From assembly GCF_006345805.1 (NCBI RefSeq), contig NC_043017.1:27590001-27654000 (forward strand): a stretch of 64,000 nucleotides of DNA, written 5' to 3'. The notes under the pieces are model-generated. The model ran no database searches, was not told the DNA's origin, and saw only the letters and a list, made by a program, of their open reading frames with translations. The position numbers and the translations under genes are program-made. This document shows positions 25,593 through 39,413 of this stretch, piece by piece. Numbering within the stretch: the stretch's first letter is position 1; each line of letters begins with the position of its first letter. Source of the DNA: Octopus sinensis. Its lineage: Eukaryota.

Positions 25593-27081
25593 ATGTGTGC
25601 GTATCTGTGACGTCTCTAAATATATGCAAAGTGGGTGGTATGTGAGAGCGTGTTAAAGCGTGTTGTTTTAAATAGTAAAGCTATGATAATTTTTCTGAAT
25701 AATTTATGAAAGGTCAAATGTATGGCTTCCAATAATATCGTGTAATAAACATTTCGAACATTTCGAATATCCGAAACTCATTAGCAGCGACTTAATAAAA
25801 AGTAATTAAATATTTTACATCATGCAAGGGATATTGATTACACAGAACACTACAAAAGGTTCATGCCTGCTTATTAAGTAGTTTTGCGGATTATAGCTTA
25901 TAAGCCGCTATGGAGTCAAAACGAGAATATTCACGAACACTGGTGCCAAAACTCTAGGCAGTTCTTCAGTGAGATATACTAAGCATATTACGATATATCC
26001 TCCGATGTTATCCCGTTTATGCCTCCTATTCATCGTTTTATCGGGTGGTTGTTGGTATTGATTAAGATCTTGTCCGTATCGATTAACGTGAATACATCAT
26101 GACATTCGAAGCAAGCCCACAATTATTAACTAAATCATCAGAGTAGTTTTAAGTTAGCATTAAATGCAATAACTGGTCATGCGGTCCTGGCTTTTGCTCG
26201 ATAGATATTGAAGCAAATGTTGAATAGATTCACACAAACACACACACACACAAACATACATACATACATACACACATATGCATGCATGCATATAAGTATG
26301 TATACGAATACATAAGTATGCATATATGTATATACACATGTATGTATATATATATATATATGCATGAGAATATATATATATATATGCATGAGAATATATA
26401 TATATATACATATATATGTATATACATATGTATACGTATATATATATATATATATGCATGAGAGAGAGAGTGGGGAGGGGGGATTTCTATGAATATAAGC
26501 GTGTAAACTTACGTGTGTGAATATACGAATATTTTCATGTATGTACATATATACTATATATGTGTATTATAATAATATATATTATATATATATATATATA
26601 ATATGGTATATATATTAAACTGTATATGTATGGATACACACACACACACGTATATATCATGATCAGTAGGTAGATCATTATAGGTAGAGAGAGAGACAGA
26701 TAGAAACAGAGAATGTGTTTGTGAGAGAGGGATAGAGAAAGAGAGAGAGAACGTGTGTAAGGGAGAGTTAAAAAGTGCATAAGAGAGACACTATGAGAGA
26801 GACATTATTAGCCTACATAGTTATATTTCCCCATTTTGTTTTGTCATTGTACCATCTCTCACTTTATGTCTGTATCGTATATGTATATGTATGTATATGT
26901 ATGTGTATATGTATGTGTATATGTATATGTATGTGTATGTATGTATATATATATATATATGTATGTATATATATATGTATATATGTGTATGTATATATGT
27001 GTATGTATATATATGTGTATATATATGTGTGTATATATGTGTGTGTATATATGTGTGTATATATGTGCGTGTATATATGTA

Positions 27082-27112
<31 letters not shown>

Positions 27113-27654
27113 GAATATATATATGCATACATATGCATTCCTATTTTGTACAGTTTTATCTGTTATGTTTTCAATTACTCCTAGTGAAGTTTCCTTTCGT
27201 TTCGTTTCTTATTCCATTTTTTTGGGACTTTCCATCAACTTCCATTCCAAATTTTTTGTTCACTTTGCGTTCCAATCATTGTAAACCATCAAATACGAAG
27301 CTTTATACATATTTATATACATTTTATTTTTTTCCCATCATGCAGTTAATTTCTCACAATGATTCAAATATTTTTTTTTAAAGTCCCCCCTCCCCGCCAA
27401 CTCCTTACCTCACATTTCACTCTGTTCTCTCTTTCTTTACATTTCGTTTCTTATATCTTTTATTCAATTCCCAAGATAAATATCTTCATTTGTGTATCTC
27501 CTTCTCTTTGAATATCATTCTTGTACTTTAACTTCGATCCTTCCATCATACCTCCTATATATCAGTGCCAATCAATTGTATTTTCTTTCCATTGCTATTA
27601 TTATAATTGCTGTTGATATTATTATTATTATTATTATTATTAACATTATTATTT

Positions 27655-28021
27655 TTTTTTTTCTTCTTTCAAATTTGCTTCCATTTCTTGCCGAGTGTCT
27701 TCCCGACACCTAGGGCAAAGAAACTCATAGTATACATTGGTAGGCCATTAAACCAAACTCAATAGTTCGTTCATTTTTTTTTATTTATTTATTTTTTTAA
27801 GTTAAATTAAAATACATGAGCAGCAACAGTTCTCACATCGACACTGCTCTTCTCAATACGTGTGATGTACCAGTTAAGACAATCTTTTGCACTTCTTGCA
27901 GGGATGGTAAGCCAGGGATCATTCTCATATAATTTTCGGTTCACTTCTTGATCATTCCTAGTGCTCCTACGATCACTGGTATTGTAACCGCCTTGAGATG
28001 CCACATTTTCTCAATTTCAAT
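27655..28021 (-). mobile_element. 5'-truncated RLE-type non-LTR retrotransposon (R4/Dong-like) in (TAA)n
   Basis: 28021-27833 translates IEIEKMWHLKAVTIPVIVGALGMIKK*TENYMRMIPGLPSLQEVQKIVLTGTSHVLRRAVSM*; 3' UTR runs into A/(AAT)n; both flanks are TAA repeats. Confidence 0.85.
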
Positions 28022-28044
28022 TAGTTATTATCATTATCATATTA

Positions 28045-28078
<34 letters not shown>

Positions 28079-28132
28079 TTATCATATTATTATTATATCA
28101 TTATTATTATTATTGTTATCATTATATTATTA

Positions 28133-28187
<55 letters not shown>

Positions 28188-28230
28188 CCTCATCATCATC
28201 ATCAGTAGTAGTAGTAGCAGTAGTAGTGGT
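28022..28230. repeat. (TAT)n/(TAG)n microsatellite
   Basis: Direct. Confidence 0.95.
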
Positions 28231-28459
28231 TCCATATCTTCAATATTGATTTCTTAGTTTGTTTATATTGCTCTTCGTTTCTTCTAATTTTTCGTGGTTT
28301 TCATTTTACATCGGTTCGTTTCTCACATCTCTTGGTTTCATACAAATTTGGCTTCTGTTTTTGTTTTTCTCTTTTTATTCGTGTTTAGCGATCGAATTGT
28401 AGCGATATAAATCATACGTACTTTGTTTTCCTACCTATGTCATGAATTCGATTTTTAAG

Positions 28460-28501
<42 letters not shown>

Positions 28502-28559
28502 TTGTATGGAAATATATATACATATAGTTATGCAAATCTCTCTCTATATATATACATAT

Positions 28560-29050
28560 ATATATAGACATGTATCTATATATACATGTATCTATATATA
28601 CATGTATCTATATATACACATATATATATACACATATATATACATATATATATATACATATATATATACATACATATATATATATACATGCATCTATATA
28701 TATATATACATATATACATATATATATATATATACATGCATCTATATATATATACATATATACATATATATGCATCTATATCTATATACATATATACATA
28801 TATATATACATGCATCTATATATATATATACATACATGCATCTACATATATATATGCATGTATCTATATATATATACATGTAACTATATATACATGTATC
28901 TATCTATCTATATATATATATATTATATATATATATACATGTAACTATATATACATGCATCTATATATATATATATATACATGTAACTATATATACATGC
29001 ATCTATATATATATATACATGTAACTATATATACATGCATCTATATATAT

Positions 29051-29083
<33 letters not shown>

Positions 29084-29115
29084 CATGCATCTATATATAT
29101 ATATATATATGCACA
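28560..29115. repeat. TA-derived minisatellite (CATGCATC / CATGTAAC + (TA)n)
   Basis: Recurring catgcatcta and catgtaacta spacers. Confidence 0.85.
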
Positions 29116-29654
29116 TACACATATGTACATGCATATATGTATGTATAATCTTCAGACGTACTCACTAAATATAACATTTTTTTTTTCGCTTATCTTAGTT
29201 CATAACTTTCTAAATCATTCGAGTTGGGATCAATGACATTGTACTAAACAAGTACTTTTTCATCCGACAGGACCGCCATCTTGGTTCATACTTTGATTGA
29301 ATCAATTCGATTCTCGTAACTTTTTTTTCCTCATAACTATTAAACAGTAATACTTGAGTCGCATGAGATTCAGTCATTTTTTTTGTTGTTATTATATGAT
29401 TGTGTTTATTCTTATTTGTTGGAATATTTGTTCCGTGTTTTCTTCTTACTCTTAGATTATTATTGATTAGAGTATTTATTCCCTCAGTAAATTTTTTTTT
29501 TCTTTTTAATGAAAAAGCTAAAAAAAAAAAGTTATTTTTATTTAATACTTTTTTTTTTCATGAATGATTATGGTTGGCGTATAATGTGTTTCTGATTCTG
29601 CGTCTATGACTATGCGAATAAGTGTTTGTATTTAATCTTTTGCGCATAGTTATA

Positions 29655-29685
<31 letters not shown>

Positions 29686-29713
29686 CTATATATAGGTATG
29701 TATATATACTTAT

Positions 29714-29749
<36 letters not shown>

Positions 29750-30464
29750 TACGTATAGATACTTCCATAAATGTATGTATGTATGTATATATATATATAT
29801 ATATGTACATATATATATATATACGTATATAGATAGATAGATGTTTAGACAGACATATATCAGTTTCTTTTTTATGCGCTTAATGAAATATGTATGAATA
29901 TATACACGCGTGCACGCATACACACAATGCATATAATATATATATCGACTATTTTACTTTAGCGTTTTGTATTTATTTATCTATAATTATTCGTATGTAG
30001 GTGTGTGTATTTGTACGTGTATGTGTGTTTGTGTGTGTGATATTATTGTGAAACTGTTTAAAAGCTCACAATTTCTAAAGTCTATTAAAAATGAAATGTT
30101 TATGGATATTTTGAATATTTATGGACATAGTAAATATTTATGGATGTGATTATTATTCATAGATGAAATGATTAATAAAGCTATTGTTTCTTGGTGACTG
30201 CCAGAATTTAAACTAAAAGCAGTACTAGAAGAAGAATTGAAATTTCGTTTTGGAAATAAATTCTTTAAAGAATTTGATTTCATGATTCCTGTTAAGTGTC
30301 AAATGGTCTAATAAATTACTGCAGTGCCAATTATATGAAGTAGAAGTTATTGCGATGATTGATACGACCTAATTATATATTTATCTAGAATATCTATTCT
30401 TTGTTTCTACGTTTTTCACGCCTTGTATGAGCGTGTATATGAATAGTGTATATATATGTGTGTA

Positions 30465-30517
<53 letters not shown>

Positions 30518-31098
30518 CATATTGTAATATAATATAACCCCTGAGGTATACACGTCTGAGCACTTCTTCGCTGATTACACCTGCTCCTACCTTCCTCTTC
30601 CCTCGTCTCATTCTTCATATTCGTCTTCTGTATATTCTTCCATATTTTCTTAGTTTTTTCCTTCTAGTATCTCAGCATACATAACAGCGCGTCCTTAATA
30701 TCGTCACTGTTCTACTGAGTAACATTTACCACTTCTACTACTACTACTAGCGCAATTGCTGCTGCTACAAATGGCGCTTCTTCCAAATTTTCTTGCCTCT
30801 AAGCAGCATCGGCCTGTTATTGTCGAAGACGAGAGTGCACCACTGAAATAACTTAAATGTCCTGCTGTAAAAAGGTTATTGCTATTTCAAAGACAAGCAA
30901 TTCTTTCATCGCTTCTCCTGTGAACGGGAGCTGAATCTTTGTAAAATACACAAGTATGAATGATTTTTAATCACAAGATTCACGAACCCAGAACCACGGA
31001 CGAATGTGTATAAATACTTCCATGTATGTATATTTGTATGTATGTATATATATATGTATATATATATTATATAGATATATTATATATATATATATATA

Positions 31099-31883
31099 TT
31101 ATATAAAAGGGCTTAGTAAAATAAATTACTTTGCCGCATACGAACTCATTAGAAATAGTAGCTAAAAAAACTTTTTTAAAAACTATTTCTAATACTAAAG
31201 AAAACCTCTCTCATATAGTGTTTGCTCAACTCAATCACGAAAGTATGGGGGTAAAGACATTAAAAAATCAAATGCAAGGTTATTTGAGAACGTACGTTTC
31301 AAGATTAGTCAACTCGACATTTCTATCATCAGCTCAGAACTCTTGGTTTGGATTGAAAACACTGAAAGTGGGAGCATACCCTTCGGGTTCTTATCGCTTC
31401 TGAAGATCGTGCGAAAACTAACAGTGCCAGCAAACTCAAATATGCAAGCGAAGAATTTCTGCTCTCCCCTTTCCACCAGCGTGGGTTAAAATCAGCAAAC
31501 ACTATGCTTTTTCGGTAAAATCCGAGGCATTAAATAGAGAGAGATGAATTATAATTTCAACAATTGAGGGTAAAATTAATTAATTATTAATCAATTTCAC
31601 CAAGTATTCAGTATGCAAAGGGACCATTTAAGGCGAATTCAATTATTACATTATATAAAAGGGCTTAGTAAAATAAATTACTTTGCCGCATGCTGAACTC
31701 ATTAGAAATAGTAGCTAAGAAAACTTTTTAAAAACTATTTCTATACTTAAAGAAAACCTCTCTCATATAGTGTTTGCTCAATTCAACTCACGAAAGTATG
31801 GGGGTAAAGACATTAAAAAATCAAATGCAAAGGTTATTTGAGAACGTACGTTTCAAGATTAGTCAACTCGACATTTCTATCAT
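31099..31883 (-). mobile_element. Partial-tandem (~1.4 units, ~553 bp) non-coding element in (TA)n; Penelope pLTR/retrozyme-like
   Basis: 31099-31329 is repeated at 31651-31883; carries a hammerhead; flanked by (TA)n on both sides. Confidence 0.8.
31285..31336 (-). ncRNA. Minimal type I hammerhead ribozyme
   Basis: Minus strand ugag-CUGAUGA-uaga..guc(gaguu)gac..ucuu-GAAA-CGUACG-UU-cuca; stem III palindrome ACGUACGU; GUU cleavage triplet. Confidence 0.82.
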
Positions 31884-31887
31884 GTAT

Positions 31888-31919
<32 letters not shown>

Positions 31920-32471
31920 CATAAAGATGTGTTAATGCATTTCTTTGTCTTATTTGGACAAGTATAATATTTTACCGTTCGCTAAACCCACACAAGTGTT
32001 TTACCTTTGTGAAACTGGTTATTTTTACACCTTAATAAATTCTGCATTGGTTTAGAATGCGACAGCTTTGATATCCCTGAACTGGGTGTCAGAGATTGAT
32101 TGAAAATACCCTTTCCTTACATCTTACCATATATATATATTGCATACATAAATACAATCATACTTATATTTTTGCATATACAAACAAATATACCCGTATA
32201 TATAAGCCGGCAAATTTTACTAGAATAGTTTTGTTTCGTCTTACTAGACGTCTTCACCAAACCGAACCATTGAAGTTCTATTAACGTTTCCTTAGAGAAA
32301 ATTAATAAATATTACTCAGCCAAAAGATATTGTTCGAAGTTAATGTTAAATAATATTTATATTATATAGATTCGAAAAAAAAATGGACGCTAGTATAAAT
32401 ACACACAGACACACCGACGAAAGCACACACACACACATACACACGCATATACATATATATATATAATATAT

Positions 32472-32502
<31 letters not shown>

Positions 32503-32805
32503 GCGTGTTGTGTATGTGTGTGTGTGTGTATATATATGTATGTATATATGTATGTATATATGTATGTATGTATATGTATGTGTATGTATGTATATATGTA
32601 TGTATATATGTATGTATATATGTATGTTATATGATGTATATATGTTATGTATGTATAGGTATGTATATATGTATGTATATATGTTATGTATGTATTATAT
32701 GTATGTATATGTATGTATATGTATATGGATGTATGTATATGTGTATGTATATGTATGTATGTATATATATATATAAATTGACATTGTATATTCATACACA
32801 TATAT

Positions 32806-32837
<32 letters not shown>

Positions 32838-33873
32838 CTTAGTGAGTTTGTGTGCATATATACATATATGCATATTATAGTGTGTATATCTGTATAAGTA
32901 TAAAGACATAGGCAGATACACACTTGCGCGTATATGTCTTTGAGACAAGTTAAGAAACAGTTGCCTGTTTCACAGGTTTGTAAACATATCACGTTTCTCT
33001 CATTCATATGTCTTACTAAGTTATACATGAATAATTATTTAAAGTACAATAAACAAAAGAAGAAACATATAAACATAAACAAACAGGCGCAATACTAGAA
33101 AATATCGTAGGCTTCACGATGGAACGGACGCATTGCTACGCCAACTTCAATAGAGAGAATATCATACCATTACATCAAAGCAGAAGAAAAGCTATAGAAC
33201 TGAACTAAATGTTCAAAAGACATGATAAGGTCACTGACATCGTCTTTTATTTCATTTATATTTGGCACCATCAAAAATATTGCATTTCTTTAACGAAAGC
33301 AATGAAAGAGCCTCTGTGTGGTCACCCTTCCGTTCTGTAAGAAGATAACTGCGAAATCAACCTCAAAATGTTCTCTACCGGTTTTTTGCAATGAGATTTG
33401 AATAATGTGAAACTTGGTTTTTCTTTACATGCGAAAAATATATGATGATAAGGGTATGAATATCATTGATCAAATAACATGTAAAAAGAAGCAGCCAATT
33501 TCTTTAAAAATGATATATTGGATTATGCAAATTCCGGTTTCTGCTATGTCAGAACAACATGGCAATGTCAAGGCTGAAATTTCATTGATCATATGCCTAA
33601 CCAGTTGATATGAATTGTAGTGTAGCATGTAAAAGAACGAACACATCGGATCCTAATGCTCAATGCGTTAGAAGTGAAGACACGGAAAGTCTAGACAACT
33701 GTTAATGATAAGCCTTTTCAGCCAAACGCCTGACGTGGGAATCAATATCAACAAGAATAATTAATAGAAACAAATGAAAAATCCACAACCAGATCTTTAG
33801 ATTTCCTTCAAACGACGAAGAGTCCTCACTCAAGTTTAAGTAGCTCAAATAATCTACTTAAAAATACCCGACG

Positions 33874-34098
33874 AGACATCGAAATCCAGGCATTGTATTT
33901 GTGAATAAGAAAGGAAGAACATGTATGACAATCGACATACCATGCCCCGTTGACAACAGGATCAGTGTGAAAGAAGAAGAAAAAAACAACTATGATGATT
34001 CGAAGTGGGAAATACGAAGATTGTGACCTCTAAAGAGTGTACACGTGATACTAATAATAATTAATGCCCTTGGAAGTATCAGCACTGAAGTTTCGTCG
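33874..34098 (+). pseudogene. RLE endonuclease domain relic of an R4/Dong-like LINE
   Basis: RHRNPGIVFVNKKGRTCMTIDIPCPVDNRISVKEEEKNNYDDSKWEIRRL*PLKSVHVILIIINALGSIST. Confidence 0.85.
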
Positions 34099-34937
34099 GT
34101 TAGATATCAGGATGGAGAAACATGTGAAACACAGAGTTACATTACAAAATAAAGCGTAAGAAAAATGAAAGCAGGTTCTTAGAATGCTTCAGAGCGAAGC
34201 GAATAACTCCATCTTGCGTAATGTCTCAAATCTAATGCTGAACACAGAACAATAAATTTGTAAAATATAGAAATTATTTCGTCAGTTAAATATCAGCATG
34301 GACAAACGTGAAATTAGATAAAAAAAATTCTATTGGGAGAACCGTGCTTCCCTCTCATTGAAATAAGGACAGTCGTATAGTTAAACATCACCATAGACAA
34401 CCATGTTGAATTAGATTAAATTTTCTGCCCGGAGCAGGAGGCTTTTGTTATTGGTGTAGTTTAACCTAAATCTAAATTTTTTCACTAGTCCAATAGTCAA
34501 AGATATTCTAGGCAATACACAAGCTTGTTTTCAATGGACAGGTTACGATTGAGTAAAATGTGTAAGATGTAAGTTTTTGAAACTTCGCTTATGATTTAAT
34601 ATTTGATATTTGATATTTCCATGAAAGTCAGAGCGTCAGGAAAAACAGACTTTCTGTATTTGTATAGGGGGATATATGTGTATATAGAGATTGTGTGTTT
34701 TGATTACGATTGAGTCAGGTGTAAATCTGCATAGAATACCTTTGGGGAGCTTTTTGAGGCGTTTTCTCTCCTGTAGGCTATACTTAGTAAGTGTTTATAT
34801 ATATATATATATAATAGGATTAAATCTTTATAAGAATTTATCAGTAGTCAGCGATGTGTTTATTTATTTTAGTAGTTTTGACTTGGAGTCTCTGCTAGCG
34901 TGTGGCATTTATGTGTAGTAATTCTCTCTATATAATA

Positions 34938-34987
<50 letters not shown>

Positions 34988-34989
34988 AT

Positions 34990-35153
34990 ATACGGGCCTC
35001 TTCCAGTTTCCGCCGACAAAATCTACTCAGAGAATTTTGGTCGGCCTGAGGCTATAGTAGAAGATAACTTTGGAAGACTTCACGCGAGGGAACCGCACCA
35101 GGAACAGTGTGGCTGAGAAGCAAACTTACTACCACAGTGCTACATCGGCTCCT
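34990..35153 (-). mobile_element. SINE family A head, diverged
   Basis: ttggtcggcctgaggctatagtagaaga ... cttactaccacag. Confidence 0.75.
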
Positions 35154-36289
35154 ATACATAAATATAATTTCACAAGATTTTTTTTTTCATAAAATTAAGA
35201 AATAACAACATAAATAGCGTCTGTCTACGCGAATGTGTTTTTTTTTTTAAGAACTGACCAATATATTCTTGTCCTTTTCGTAATGGAAAAGTTTTCACGA
35301 GTTCCATATTTTTCATCGGAAAGTTTCGAAGAATTTAAATTGCCAAATCATTTAAAAGAATACTTTAATCTCTACCATCATGTCGTCTAATTGAATAGAA
35401 AACGTTTAAAATATATTTCTTTTTTATATTCTTTTATAAATTTTATGTAATCGCCACAAGTTATTTACTAATCAGACTAGTCTTTATATAACTTTTAGTA
35501 TTTTAATATTTTCATTTTCAGAATTTAATTTCGTTTTCTTTTTCCTTTTCTTTGTTTTTAATTTTCTGTATATTATTTATGATATTTTTTAAAAATATTT
35601 TATCACATTCATTGAATAGCATGAAATTTATAAATTTCCATTTTAATATATTTTCATATAAACTCAAGCGACAATTCTTTTCACTTTAGTCAAAAGGAAG
35701 CAAAAATACAAAAACAAAAAGAAGAAAAAAACGGAAGACTCGCGATGGAAATTTCCCAAAATACAAAAGCAACAACTAAATACAAACCAAAACAAATAAG
35801 CCTTCTAAAAGATCATAGAATCTCTTAAATTGCATCGAGATTACTAGCTTCAAATTATGCATAATCGGAAGATAAAGGAATAACTTTTAAATATATTTAT
35901 TTCAATACTGGCTAGAGTGTTAATAAATAATAAATGTGTAGACGGAATTATTATTCACAAATTTGAAAATTATTGATAAAATATAGAAAATTCAAATAAA
36001 ATGTAGACCATTTGAATACGATCGGGTAGAAAAGAAAAAAAAATCTCTGTTAATTCCAAACAAAAATTTTACATTATTATACTTTCTTTTACTTTAGACG
36101 ACTACCTTAATTTATAATTTATTGAATTACCTAACACCACACATATATGTGTTTATACATATGTATGTGGGTGTAGTTTAGGACAATCAGTAAGTTGACA
36201 TCGTAGTACTCAGAGTTTCAAATACAGGGGCGAAGACCAACGATGTCTTCTCGTCGCCTATTAAATGGCCGGCGAGAATAAATTCAAGT

Positions 36290-36505
36290 TCTTCTTTAGT
36301 CATCTGACACGTCACAACAAGACCTCAGACAGATAATACTTTCCTTACGCATGTGCGCTCTGCCCAGTAAAGCTGCTTTTTGCAAGACATCAATCTTACA
36401 TGGGATTTCCAGTTGCCTTAAGAGGTTTTGAAATTTCAATGGGATTGAGCCCAGCGAACCGATAACCACTGGTATCACTTGTACATAACAACTGGCACCA
36501 CTTTC
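36290..36505 (-). mobile_element. RLE-type LINE 3' end no. 1
   Basis: VIPVVIGSLGSIPLKFQNLLRQLEIPCKIDVLQKAALLG. Confidence 0.82.
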
Positions 36506-36529
36506 ATTATTATTATTATTATTATTATA

Positions 36530-36778
36530 TGTTTGACTTTTGCCTTACATTTGCACAAGCTGGCTCCAAGTCTCACCCAGAGACCTCAAGAGACAATAAG
36601 TTGGAAGTTAGTGTTGGTGTTATGCCTAGGGTGCCATATATTTGGTTTTGTATTTAGTGTTGTACTAGTGAATGACTAAAAAATCATACGAAAATTATGT
36701 TTGTTTAAAACTTGAGATTACAAAGAAAGTATTTTGCGTAGGATATGAGCAGTTCCCATGAGCACTATTTTTTGAATT
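36530..36778 (-). mobile_element. RLE-type LINE 3' end no. 2
   Basis: 36777-36718 translates IQKIVLMGTAHILRKILSL*, followed by a 3' UTR ending in (AAT)n. Confidence 0.82.
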
Positions 36779-36824
36779 TGAACTATTATTATTATCATTA
36801 TTATCATTATCATCATTATTATAT

Positions 36825-37531
36825 GAAAACTCACAACTTATTTTGCTTGGTATGATGGAAAGTGTCAGCCGCCAACAGCCAGCAGATTTAAGTGACACTT
36901 GTTTACTGGTCATAATACAAGAACCCTATGAAAAATTCTTGCAGCTCCAAGCGATGCTGATTTTTGCAGGTGATTTTATCTTCACACTTGCACCGATGTT
37001 TTTCAGCCATGCTGGAAGTTCAGTGCTGTTATTTCCAAGGGCATCAGTTATTATAAGTATCCCGTGTACACTCTTTATAGCCTACAATCTTCGTCATAGC
37101 CTACTTCGAATCGTCATAGTTGTTTATTTTTGTTTTCTTCTTTCACACTGATCCTGTTGTCAACGGGGAGTGGGTAGGTCGGTTATCATACATATTCTTC
37201 CTTTCTTATACACTACAACAATGTCTGAATTCCGATGTCTGACCGGGTGTTCGCATACGATCATTACATCTTACTGGATTTTGCAATTCTCATTTTCGGT
37301 GACTTCTGGAGTTTACTCATACCACGTGTTTGCGCATTATAGGCTGTCATTTCCACAGAATTCCCATTGGACCATTCTTGCCACATTGTCATGGGGTGTT
37401 TTGTATTCGCGTTGTGTCAATTTCGGGCATTTGCTAACGATGTACCATACCATTTCATCCCTCTAATCGCACATTCTACTTTTGTCGCTAAACGTAGTGT
37501 TGTCTATTCTGCACTTCATATAATTGGTCCT
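36825..37531 (-). mobile_element. RLE-type LINE 3' fragment no. 3 (zinc knuckle + endonuclease)
   Basis: RTNYMKCRID..SRMCD*RDEMVWYIVSKCPKLTQREYKTPHDNVARMVQW..RHRNSDIVVVYKK..DALG..LQKSASLGAARIFHRVL, with stops and frameshifts. Confidence 0.88.
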
Positions 37532-39002
37532 TAACCTTGTTCCAGTGGATCTGTCTCTATCTTCTGGTCACTCCACCTTATCCATAGCCACAGGTCCTCT
37601 GTATTTGATTCCGCCTTCACATCTCTTTGCAATCTGACCGTAATTTTTCTTTTCTTACCTTGAATTTTTTTCTTTTTTTATTCATATCTTGTTAAAACTT
37701 TCCTTTAGTTACACAATTTTTAATTTTGCTGACTACGGCCTTCTTCGTGTGTTTCAACACTGGTTCCACGTCATTTTTCATATACGACCCTAGGCTATTT
37801 TTCTTTTCCTCTGCTTCGATGCAATCTTGGCTACTGATAAAACGTCGCTCCCCCCTTTTTCTGGGCAATTATTATTATTATTATTATTATTTGAAAATAT
37901 CTTGCTCTAGAATTTCAAATTGCTTGCAGAAATTTTATTTAAATGTTCCTTCTGATAAACGAAAGAGATACCAGCAACAAATGGCAATCACCAGGAGATA
38001 CACTGCGTCTTCCCTTCAAGTAGGAAGACCAAGCATGTAAATATCGTTATAGTAATAAACTGTGACTAAACTTAACAAAGAATAAATTTATTTCTAATAT
38101 AGGATAACATTTTTTGCAAAAATTTTCATCAGTGGCCAGCATATTAAAATACCTGATGAAATGTTTGAAAAAAAGTTCACTTCAGGCATGCTGACCACTC
38201 TAAGTTGTGTTTCCTGACCGATTACGCGTGTGTTGAGGCTTGGTACGGAATTTCAATTTAGATATATTTGGAGCACTTAAAAATACTCATGACTTTGCTT
38301 CTGCTTTTCCATGGGTGCTTGTAAGTATTTCATTTATTTCTTATCATGTTCTCTGCTGAAGAAAGAAAAATCCTTTCGATTAATCCAGAAATCGTTCCAA
38401 TTCAGAGATAACAGATGCGAAAAAATTCCGTTAGCTTGCTTTCCTCGATTCAGCACGTTGTGCATTTATAGTGTTGTATATTGTATGTGGTGATTGACGA
38501 TTTAAAGTCTATTTCTCAGCATACTGGCACGGAAATTTTTCTTTTGCCTTTAATTATAATTATTTAATAAAGAATATATAAATCGTAACTCGATCGCGGT
38601 AAATCACTTAAAAACAAATAGTGAAGTTTAGCGATCTATCCTGGTTTCATTTATCGGACAAACATTAATGGTTACGGATCAAAGTGAAACATCACAAAGG
38701 ACTCAATAGTACACGAATTTAAATCATAACTCTTCATCAAAAATTTTTATCATTTAATTAATTTTCTATTGTTCTTGCATATTTTGATTATCGTAAAATT
38801 CAAAACTGCTACTATTGTTATTATTTTGACTGTTGTCTTTGTGTCGACGACGATTGTAATGATGATGATGATGATGTGGAAGAAGATGATGAGGGGAAGG
38901 AGAAGGAAGAGTGTAGCTTAGAGGAGGAGAGGAGCATGAGGAGGAGAAATAGGTGGAGGGCGAGGAGTAAGAAAAAGAGGAGGAGGTGGAGGAAAGACAT
39001 AC

Positions 39003-39413
39003 TCTTTTACTCTCTTGATTGTTTCAGTCATTTGACTGCGGCCACGCTGGAACGCCACCTTTAAATCGAGCAACTCGACCCCGGGACTTATTCTTTGTAA
39101 GCCCGGTACTTATTCTATCGGTCTCTTTTGCCGAACCGCTAAGTGACGGGGACATAAACACACCAGCATCGGTTGTCAAGCAATGCTAGGGGAACAAACA
39201 CACACGTACACATACGTATATATATATATATACACACACACACACATATATGACGGGCTTCTTTCAGTTTCTGTCTACCAAATCCACTCACAAGGCTTTG
39301 GTCGGCCCGAGGCTATAGTAGAAGACACTTGCCCAAGGTGCCATGCAGTGGGACTGAAGCCGGAACCATGTGGCTGGTAAACAAGCTACCTACCACACAG
39401 CCACTCCTGCGCC
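39003..39413 (-). mobile_element. SINE family A, full length
   Basis: Full head-to-tail match to the 21763-22162 copy. Confidence 0.93.

Noticed and set aside
34690-34925. Possible Penelope GIY-YIG tail (ILCRFTPD)
   Set aside because: Too short and degenerate to support
38150-38190. CTGATGA..GAAA
   Set aside because: Stem II is marginal and there is no stem III or properly placed stem I
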